Shown here: positions 8,126 to 17,400 of the stretch, piece after piece
How the letters are laid out: each line of letters begins with the position of its first letter
Position numbering within the stretch: position 1 is the first letter of the stretch
NCBI GenBank assembly: GCA_046757165.1
Contig: JBHHXT010000066.1
Span: 1-23,057 of the forward strand
Direction: 5' to 3'
Length of the DNA: 23,057 nt
Origin: a bacterium
Lineage (GTDB): Bacteria; Zhuqueibacterota; Zhuqueibacteria; Oceanimicrobiales; Oceanimicrobiaceae
Notes under the pieces: model-generated
Seen by the model: only the letters and a program-made list of their open reading frames with translations
Told to the model about the DNA's origin: nothing
Databases searched by the model: none
Made by a program: the position numbers and the translations under genes

Positions 8126-10414
8126 ATGATCCGAAGCCGACAAACATCGATCCCCTCAATGCGAGCTCTGGTGATGCTCCTGGCGCTTCTGCTGTTCTCG
8201 ATGCCCGGCAACGCCCAGGAGCTGCTGGTGGTTTTCGCGGCCAATCTCGACAACAGCGGGGGCGTCAATCCCCAGGATAACAGTGGCGCGGATTTGTACA
8301 GCGTGCGCTTCGATCCGGACAGCGAAAGCGTGTCCGGTTTGCAGCGTCTCACCAGCACAGAGACCGCAGCCGAGCTATTCCCCTCGCTGTCGCCGGACAT
8401 GAACTGGGTGGCCTACAATCAGAAGACCGGCAACCGCAATGAAATCCGCCTGCATCATCTGGAAACCGGCCGCGACACAAGCATCTTCACCGCCGGCCGC
8501 TTCCCGGAATGGGTCGATGCGGATGAGCTGCTCGTCACCTACGTGGCGCACGATACCCAGGACGTTTTTCTGCTGGAGCTCAACCTGAGCGGTGAGTCCC
8601 CGGTGGTGCTGAACAAAAAGCAGATCACCGACCGCACGCGCTGCCCGGGCACTTCGAAAGCCAGCGATGGTTTTGCGTATGCCGGAGGCAGCCAGCTCGT
8701 GTTCCATGTCTGGCGCGCCAGCGGCGAATCCGGCGCAGCCATGGCCATGATCAATATGGATGGCACCGGCTTTCGCCGCCTCACCGATTGGAACGGCTCG
8801 GGGCATGGCATCGCTGCTGCGGATGGCGGGTACGTGGTGTCGAGCAGCTCGCAAACCGGCAGGGCTGTTCTGCTGCACGTGCAGAGCGATACGGTGCTTT
8901 TCGGTGAGCTTTCGTTGCCATCCGCCGGCAGCGATCTCGCCGTGTATGACAGTCGCTTTGCTCAGGTGCCGAAAGGCAGTTATGCTTATCAAGCCTGGGG
9001 CGCGGACGAGCGCGCCTTATTTCACAGTGTGCGCGGCACCAACTCGAACATGGGGGTGGCGCTGTCGCGCCTGCTCTATACGGTTTTCGATGAGAGCTGG
9101 CAACTTCAGAAGATCGTCGATTTTTCCACGCTCGTGGAAACCCTTGCCGGCAAGAGCGGTCGCGATTTCAGTACGGCTTCGGCGGGGGTGCTGACGCCGG
9201 CGTCGGTGGACAGCGGTGTGGTATACGTCACCCTGGCCATGCACAACGAGGATTACCACAGCCGCAACTACTCCGATTACCGCACCGACCGGCAGGCTTA
9301 CCTCGAGTCCCGGCAGGCGCTGCTCGATTTCTGCCGTATGCTGCATCGCAATAATGTCCCGTTCAATTGGGAATCGGACTGGACGTTCTTGCTGGGCGTA
9401 TTGAACTGGGATAGCGGCAACGTGCTCGACAGCACCGGTGGCAAGACCCTCTTGCGTTATCTCAAGGAGGACTTGAACATCAGCATCGACCCGCATTCGC
9501 ACGAAAGCGACGACTACAACTACGCCGACGTCGCCTGCCTGATCGATTCGCTGGGCGTCACGCCCACCAATGTCGTCGGTGGGCATATCTGGGATCCCAA
9601 CGATCCGGGCTTTTCGGACTGGGAGCGTTTCCGCACCGACCTGGCAGGGTCGCATTTCCCCTGGTATAGCTGGAAGGGCGATATTCTCATGGGGAACGCT
9701 TCGACACATCATCAAAACGATCCGGAGCCTTCCGGCGTGTGGCGCCCGAAGGACAAAGATCACTTTTGGCAGGATGATTCAGCCGGCAATGTTTGCGCCG
9801 TGGGACAATACAAGTCGCGAAACGGCATCCCCGAGATTCAATCTTTGATTGATCTCTACAAATCCGGCACCGTGTCTCCGGACAGCATCCTGACCGCAAC
9901 CATTATGACGCCGCAGCATGGGCTCGATTCGTTTTTCATCTCCGATTTCGAGAAAAACACCATCCAGCCCCTGCTGGAGATGCAGGCGCGCGGCGAGATC
10001 AAGCTGGTGACCTTCGGTCAGCTCATCGATGACTGGCAGACGAAGTATGGCGCTGCCGCCCATCTCTGGATGCAAGGAGGGGCGACAGCGGTGGAAGAAT
10101 CCGGCTTTGCCTCCGGCGCGCCGGAACACGTCACGTTGTTGCAGAACTACCCGAATCCTTTCAACCCGGAGACCGCCATATGGTACACCCTTCCGCCGCC
10201 CCATGCCGGGATTCCGTTTGTGCAGTTGAAAATCTACAATCTGCGGGGTCAGGTTGTGCGCACGCTGGTGAGCGAATTTCAACGCGCCGGAGATCATTCC
10301 GTCGTTTGGGATGGCCGCGACGACCGCGGGCAGGCGGTGGCTTCTGGCGTTTATCTCTACCGGCTCAAATCTGGACAGCAAATTCGGACGCGGCGGATGG
10401 TGCTGTTGAGGTAA
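8126..10414 (+). CDS. Secreted protein: TolB/PD40-like propeller, polysaccharide-deacetylase-like (NodB-type barrel) domain, C-terminal sorting domain
   Basis: AGAGGAGA SD at 8111-8118 favours ATG 8126 over TTG 8087. Signal peptide ends PGNA|Q. ELFPSLSPDMNWVAY and MDGTGFRRLT are TolB-like. VTLAMHNED, IDPHSHE and GEIKLVTFGQL resemble deacetylase-fold motifs. C-terminus LLQNYPNPFNPET...ASGVYLYRL...RRMVLLR. Confidence 0.8.
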   Translation: MIRSRQTSIPSMRALVMLLALLLFSMPGNAQELLVVFAANLDNSGGVNPQDNSGADLYSVRFDPDSESVSGLQRLTSTETAAELFPSLSPDMNWVAYNQKTGNRNEIRLHHLETGRDTSIFTAGRFPEWVDADELLVTYVAHDTQDVFLLELNLSGESPVVLNKKQITDRTRCPGTSKASDGFAYAGGSQLVFHVWRASGESGAAMAMINMDGTGFRRLTDWNGSGHGIAAADGGYVVSSSSQTGRAVLLHVQSDTVLFGELSLPSAGSDLAVYDSRFAQVPKGSYAYQAWGADERALFHSVRGTNSNMGVALSRLLYTVFDESWQLQKIVDFSTLVETLAGKSGRDFSTASAGVLTPASVDSGVVYVTLAMHNEDYHSRNYSDYRTDRQAYLESRQALLDFCRMLHRNNVPFNWESDWTFLLGVLNWDSGNVLDSTGGKTLLRYLKEDLNISIDPHSHESDDYNYADVACLIDSLGVTPTNVVGGHIWDPNDPGFSDWERFRTDLAGSHFPWYSWKGDILMGNASTHHQNDPEPSGVWRPKDKDHFWQDDSAGNVCAVGQYKSRNGIPEIQSLIDLYKSGTVSPDSILTATIMTPQHGLDSFFISDFEKNTIQPLLEMQARGEIKLVTFGQLIDDWQTKYGAAAHLWMQGGATAVEESGFASGAPEHVTLLQNYPNPFNPETAIWYTLPPPHAGIPFVQLKIYNLRGQVVRTLVSEFQRAGDHSVVWDGRDDRGQAVASGVYLYRLKSGQQIRTRRMVLLR

Positions 10415-10549
10415 GCCTGTTTTTGTCAAGTGATGTTTTGATGGCAAAGAGCAAACCGCATGGGAAATGCGAATGCATCTACGTCAGGGCAAAATTCTTT
10501 TTCTCCTTGATTAGAGGAAAGGGAAATTCGTGCGCTGCGATCGGCAGCC

Positions 10550-11301
10550 CGGGAACATCCCCGCGCTTCGCTGCACCTGATCACCATGACGCCGGAAGTG
10601 GCCGGCCCGATTCCGGAAGGGATTGAAATCCACAATGCCGTCTTGTGGTTGCTCCAACCGTGGCTCGCAGAGTCTCGGCATCAGAAATGAAGTTTTACGG
10701 TTCTAAGCGGCGCGCCGTTATTGCTGAGACCAATCATAAATACCCTGCGCGATCCGGGTCACCCGCGACATGTGGCGAACCGCCGACTCTATCACGCCGA
10801 TGAGGTGCGTCAAAGCCTGAAGAAGATGCTCACAGCGCTGGCTTCGGGTCAAGAGGCCGTTTCCTTGCAACCGGTGCTGGGACCGGTGGAGCACTCGAGG
10901 GAGATGTGGCAGGATGCTGGTTTGCTCGACGCCCGGGTCTGGCAAGCGACAGGGGATTTGCGTCAGGCGCGCAAGCCCGTCTACTACGCCAGCAAACAAC
11001 TCATCGACGCACTTCTCGGCGCCGACCGGCCGGTGGAGATTTTCGACCTCGGTCCTAATGTTTTCACTTTACCGCGTGAATTCGGTGGCAATTCAGTCCC
11101 ACGTGCAAATCAAGATTTACAACACCGTGGGACAGCTCATTCGCACACTGGTTGATGAGCAAAAGTCTGCAGGAGAACATCAAGTCATTTGGAGCGGCCT
11201 GGATAAACACGGTCATAACGTCGCCAGCAGGCCTTCTTCTTGTTCATTGGAAACGGAGGAACGGACGATCATAACAAAAAGAATGCTGTTGCTCAAAGTA
11301 A
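10550..11301 (+). pseudogene. Degraded secreted glycoside-hydrolase-like gene with partial sorting domain
   Basis: In-frame TGA at 10688-10690. GLLD...RKPVYYASKQL resembles the end of a GH TIM barrel. The frame switches near the T-run at 11061-11064. The sorting-domain remnant HVQIKIYNTVGQLIRTLVDE...KRMLLLK lacks NYPNPFN, and its stop is lost (CTCAAAGTAA). The left boundary is uncertain. Confidence 0.65.
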
Positions 11302-11320
11302 TGAAGCGCCTCTAACACGG

Positions 11321-11344
11321 CAAGGCTCCTGACCTCGTATCTAC
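11321..11344 (-). repeat. GTAG-type REP-like hairpin
   Basis: Minus strand reads GTAG-ATA-CGAGG-TCAGGAG-CCTTG (5-bp stem with one G-T pair), in the gap between convergent genes. Confidence 0.3.
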
Positions 11345-11479
11345 GCGATTCCTGACCGATGCTTACATGAGCACCAACGGATCCCAGGTTGTGACTCCAA
11401 GCTACGATGGCACAATACGAAAGTATGATGAGGCCGGCAATCGTGGCGCAGACCTGTGGATGGCGCCAGGCGGGAAACC

Positions 11480-14400
11480 TCACTTTTGCAGAACAATCTT
11501 GCGACTAAACACTCGCCCTCCGATCTCGGCCCGCAGCAGGTAAATGTCCGACCCGACCACAAGGTTGGATGTGTTGCGGCCATCCCACTTCATCTTCTTG
11601 ATTCCGGCTTCCTGGTATTCGTCAACCAGCGTCCGAACCGTTTGGCCTTTGAGATTGAAAATGGTGATCCTGACGTTGGCGGCGACAGGCAACGCATATT
11701 CGATGGTCGTCGCCGCATTGAATGGGTTCGGGTAGTTCTGCAGCAAGCTGAATCTTTCGGGCAAGACCACGCTGCCGTTCACCGCCTCGGGCGCGGCTTT
11801 CAGATTCAATGCTTGTGCCGTCGCCGTCGCCGACAGAGGTCGAAGCTCGAGCGCAACAACGGCCCAGTCAACCGCTTTATGCAGGGTGCCGGCAAACAGA
11901 ACACTCGAGGCGGTTGAAAGAAGCCGGTCTTGAATCGCAATCCCCGCTTTGCTGCCGCCGATGCCTGAATACACCTGGTCGCGTTCCGTATACCCGTTGC
12001 CAGGATTGTGTTTGCGGTTTCTCAGAGCGATGGCCCCAAAAACCATCCCCCCGGCCCGGGTGATGCTCATGTCGAATTGATAGGCCGAATTGTCCGTGCC
12101 GCCCGTACAAACGCCATCCACGCCGTTGCTGTTTCCAAAGGCAAGGTTGCCGATTGGGTTCGCACCCTCGACGCCAGAATAGCGACTGACCGAGATGAGC
12201 GCACTGGTCACGGTGGTGGCAAGCGTTGCCGTCACACCACCATCCCCGCTCGTGGTGCCCTGCGCACGCCAGAGTTCAACACCCGTTACGCCCCGGCCCG
12301 AACACTGCGCCCGAACACGCGTCCACGTCAGCCCCAACCCGCTCACCGAAACGACCTCGGCAGAAGGACGGAAAGTAATGGCCGCAAGATACAAATGGCC
12401 ATTCACGCCGCTCAACGGGCCAGCCGTGGTGACCGTGTTGGAGCTGGTGCTCCCGCCGTTTTGTGTTTCTTCATAAGCCACCTGCGCCCCGCCCTGCGAC
12501 TGCCCGACGCCCGTGCCAAGCAGCGCCACTTCAAATGGATTCTCGTCCGGGTCGTCGCTGACGATGTGCAACGCCGCACGCTTCGCCCCCTCCGAGCCGG
12601 GAGAAAATCGAATCTGGATGAATCGACGCACAGTGGGCGGAAGGACAATCGCACCGCCTCCGCTCACGAGAGTAAACGCCCCGGCATCTCCGCCAACAAT
12701 CGTCGTAGTGCTTACAGACAGATCAACTGCGCCATCATTGCGAATCTCGACCGTCCGGGTCGCGCTCTCTCCGACCATGACATCACCGAAATTCAGCTCG
12801 GACGGCTCGGCCGTAATATCCGGAACCGCAGCCACGCCGACACCCGTCCCGGTCAACGCTACCAGCAGCGGATTTTCATCCGGGTCGTTGCTGCTGAGCC
12901 GAAGCGAACCACTCTTCGCCCCCTCGGTGCCAGGCGTGAACCGTACCTCAATCTCCCGGCTGCTGCCTGACGACAGGGTGAAGGACCCGCCGCCGCTCAC
13001 AACCGCAAACTCCCCGCCATCCGGCCCGATCAAATCTGTGGCAGAAACCACCAAATCCGCCGTCCCCGTATTGTGCACCTGAAACCCATGTGAAACCGCT
13101 GACCCGACGGTCACCTCGCCGAAATCATGAGACGCCGGCGCCACAGCAATGTCTGCTGAATCCCCCCCGCCACTGTCGCCGCTGCTGCCGGGCCGGATTT
13201 CCACACCGATGACTGCCCAGTCAACCCTCTTGTTGAACGCGCCAGCCAGTCGCACGGTGGAGGCGGAAGCCACCGACCGGTCCTGAACCGCAAGCCCGGC
13301 CGTGTTGCCACCCCTGCCGGCCGACCCCTCGTCGCGCTCCGTGTAGCCGGAACCCGGCGTATGGCGCCGGTTGCGCAACGCCGTCGCGCCGTAAACCACC
13401 GCGCCAGCCCCAACCGGGCTGAGAGAAAATTCATACGCCGGCGTGTCGGCACCGCCCGAGCACCGGCCGGCCTCGCCATGCGTATTGCCAAAGACGACCT
13501 CGCCCAGGGGCTGCGCCGGGTCAACACCCGAATAACGGGCGACCGAAATCACGGCGCTCGACACACCCCCATCAAAAGTCGCGGTCACCGCACCCGAACC
13601 CGTCGGCGTTCCCAGCGCGCGCCACACTTCAACCCCGGTCGCGCCCCGGCCCGAACACTGCGCCCGAACGCGGGTCCAGGGCAACCCCAGACCCGAGACC
13701 GACAGGACCTCGGTCGACGGGCGGAAAGAAATGGCCGCAAGATACAAGTGGCCCGCAACGCCCGACAGCTCGAGCGCCGTCGACACCGTGCTCGAACCGG
13801 TGGCGCCTCCGTTTCGCATTTCCTCAAAAAATACCGCACCCCCGCCGGATTGCCCCTCCAGACCAGCCCCGGTCAGCGGGAGCTGCAAAGGACTCTCGTC
13901 CGGATCGTTGCTGGTCAGTTGTAACGTCGCGTTTCTATCTCCTGCTGCGCCTGGAACAAACCCCACCTCCACCGTTCGGCTGGCCCCGGGGGCCAGGCTG
14001 AACACAGCCGCGCCGCTCTCCAGGCTAAAATCGCCCGCATGCAAGCCCGAGATGGTGGTCGCGGTCACCTCCAGATCAGCGGTGCCTTCATTGTGCACTT
14101 CAAACGCCCGCAACGCGCGGGTGCCCAACGGCACGCTGCCAAAATCTATCGCTGCCAGCGTGGTGGCGATATCAGGTTGCGCCCCGACCCCGCTATTGCC
14201 GTGCAGCGCCACTTCAAACGGATTCTCGTCCGGGTCGTTGCTGACAATGCGCAAAGCCGCACGCTTCGCCCCATCTGAACCGGGAGAAAAGCGAATCTCG
14301 ATGAACCGACGCACGGTCGGCGGAAGCACAATCGCACCGCCTCCGCTCACGAGAGTAAACGCCCCGGCATCTCCGCCAACAATCGTCGTAGTGCTTACAG

Positions 14401-17400
14401 ACAGATCAACTGCGCCATCATTGCGAATCTCGACCGTCCGGGTCGCGCTCTCTCCGACCATGACATCACCGAAATTCAGCTCGGACGGCTCGGCCGTAAT
14501 ATCCGGAACCGCAGCCACGCCGACACCCGTCCCGGTCAACGCTACCAGCAGCGGATTTTCATCCGGGTCGTTGCTGCTGAGCCGAAGCGAACCACTCTTC
14601 GCCCCCTCGGTGCCAGGCGTGAACCGTACCTCAATCTCCCGGCTGCTGCCTGACGACAGGGTGAAGGACCCGCCGCCGCTCACAACCGCAAACTCCCCGC
14701 CATCCGGCCCGATCAAATCTGTGGCAGAAACCACCAAATCCGCCGTCCCCGTATTGTGCACCTGAAACCCATGTGAAACCGCTGACCCGACGGTCACCTC
14801 GCCGAAATCATGAGACGCCGGCGCCACAGCAATGTCTGCTGAATCCCCCCCGCCACTGTCGCCGCTGCTGCCGGGCCGGATTTCCACACCGATGACTGCC
14901 CAGTCAACCCTCTTGTTGAACGCGCCAGCCAGTCGCACGGTGGAGGCGGAAGCCACCGACCGGTCCTGAACCGCAAGCCCGGCCGTGTTGCCACCCCTGC
15001 CGGCCGACCCCTCGTCGCGCTCCGTGTAGCCGGAACCCGGCGTATGGCGCCGGTTGCGCAACGCCGTCGCGCCGTAAACCACCGCGCCAGCCCCAACCGG
15101 GCTGAGAGAAAATTCATACGCCGGCGTGTCGGCACCGCCCGAGCACCGGCCGGCCTCGCCATGCGTATTGCCAAAGACGACCTCGCCCAGGGGCTGCGCC
15201 GGGTCAACACCCGAATAACGGGCGACCGAAATCACGGCGCTCGACACACCCCCATCAAAAGTCGCGGTCACCGCACCCGAACCCGTCGGCGTTCCCAGCG
15301 CGCGCCACACTTCAACCCCGGTCGCGCCCCGGCCCGAACACTGCGCCCGAACGCGGGTCCAGGGCAACCCCAGACCCGAGACCGACAGGACCTCGGTCGA
15401 CGGGCGGAAAGAAATGGCCGCAAGATACAAGTGGCCCGCAACGCCCGACAGCTCGAGCGCCGTCGACACCGTGCTCGAACCGGTGGCGCCTCCGTTTCGG
15501 ATCTCCTCAAAAGATACTGTCCCCCCGCCGCCGGAAGAGCTGGCCACGCCGTTTCCGGTTAGCGAGACCTCCACCAAACTCTGGTCCGGATCATTGCTCT
15601 CGATGGTAAGATTGCTCAGTCTGGCGCCGGCCACGGTGGGGTGAAACGTCACCTCCACCTCACGCATTTGCCCCGCCGTCAACGTGAACGGCAGCGCTCC
15701 TGCGCTCAGGCGGTAATCAGCGGTATCCGGGCCAGCAAGGGTGACGGAGCTGACCACGAGATCAGCGGCACCATCGTTGTGCAATTGGAAATTCGCAGGG
15801 ACGCTCGTGCCGACCACGACCACCCCATAGTCATGAGCCAGGGGCTGGACGGCAAGATTGGGGACCGGAGTCCCCAATCCATTACCGCTCAACGGGATAT
15901 CCAGCAGGTTCTCATCCGGATCATCGTTGTCGATGCGCAAGCTCGCATTGCTGACACCAACAGCGCTGGGCACAAAAGCGATCTCTAAGCCGCGCGTGGC
16001 GCCCGGGGACAGGGTGAAACTTCCGCCGCCTGTCAGAACGCTGAACACCTGCGCATCCGGCCCTCGCAGGGTCGTGGCGGCAATGCTCAGAGCCGCAGAG
16101 CCTTCATTCTTGATTTCGAGCTGGCGACTGACGCTCGTACCGACGGTGACCGAACCGAAGTCTATGGAGGCAGGCACAACCGCAATGTCAGGCACATCAC
16201 TGCTCCCGCCCCCACCGCCGCCAGCAAACGTCTCGACGATCAGCTCCGGCGCATGGCTGCCCTCTTTCGAGCTGTACCGGACGGCGTTGGTCGTGGTGCC
16301 CTCCATAGCAAAACTGTAGAACCCTGCGCCGGCAATGACTCCTGTGACTTCGATCTCGATCCACTTATCTGCCGTAACCTGCCCGAGTGTCGTGATCGTT
16401 TTGTTGATTTCCGGCGCATTGTTCCACACCACGCCATCTTCATCCCACGGGGTGCCGGAGCCCTGATAGGTATTGGATGCCACCGAAATGCGGCCGCCGC
16501 CGGGGCCACCGTCCGTGACATACAGCCGAAGCCTGGCAGAATTCACCACGCCAATGTCCGTGAGGTCGAATTTCAAAAACGAATGGTAACTCCTGTGGCC
16601 GCTGCGGACTCTAAAGGTGGTCTCCGAGCCAAAATTCTCGCTCGGACTGGTCGATTTCACCCGCGCATCCGAAATCGGGGTAAACCTCACCTCACTCGGC
16701 AAACCAATCGCCAACTCCACGGTTGCAACGCCGCTCTCTCCCTGGCCATCGCGTGCACGATAGGTAAAGCTGTCTGAGCCCGCGAAATCACTCGCCGGTA
16801 TGTAAGAAAAGGAGCCATCGCTGTTGAGAGTCAAGTCGCCGTGTGAAGGAAGCCCGACCACCTGCGCCGTCAGCGGGTCCCCATCGACATCGACGTCATT
16901 GGCCAAGACCCCCGGAGCCGCGACCTGCAAGACCGAATTCTCATCACCGGTGTAGGCGTCATTGGCGGCCACGGGCAGGTCGTTGACCGGCTCGACCGTT
17001 ATCGTCACCACCGCCGTATCGCGCTTGCCCCGGCCATCATCTACACCATACGAAAACACATCCTGACCGTTGAAATCCCGTTTCGGCGTATACACAAACG
17101 AGCCGTCGCCATCAATATTAACCGAGCCATTGGCAGGGTCGGAGACTTTGAACGCGGTCAGCCGGTCACCATCCGGGTCCAGGTCGTTGTCGAGCACACC
17201 GGGCGCCGCCGCTTCCAACCGGGTGTCCTCGTCACCCGTGAACGCGTCATCCTGCGTCACTGGCGGATCGTTCTTGATCTCCGCCACGACAAAATCCGTG
17301 GCGCTCGTGCCGGTTCCTGCCGGCGTAACCACGCGAATCCTGCCGCTGGTCGCCCCCCCGGGCACCGTGGCGCTGATTTCGGCATCGGACTGCACACTAA

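Noticed and set aside
7795..8280. 161-aa ORF as an intact gene
   Set aside because: Only the first ~30 codons look protein-like. The rest runs across the next gene's RBS and overlaps it out of frame.
10445..10495. c-di-GMP-I riboswitch-like GCAAACC..GGAA.. segment
   Set aside because: It lacks the GACGCAAAG junction and second stem, and sits after a stop codon. An Infernal search against RF01051 would settle it.
11095..11301. CTD remnant as a DGR template repeat for 7581-7784
   Set aside because: Differences are numerous and not adenine-specific, and no reverse transcriptase is present in the window.
10721..11315. 144-aa and 133-aa ORFs as two real genes
   Set aside because: Neither has a convincing SD or start, and each is protein-like in only one part. 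They are better explained as one frameshifted pseudogene.
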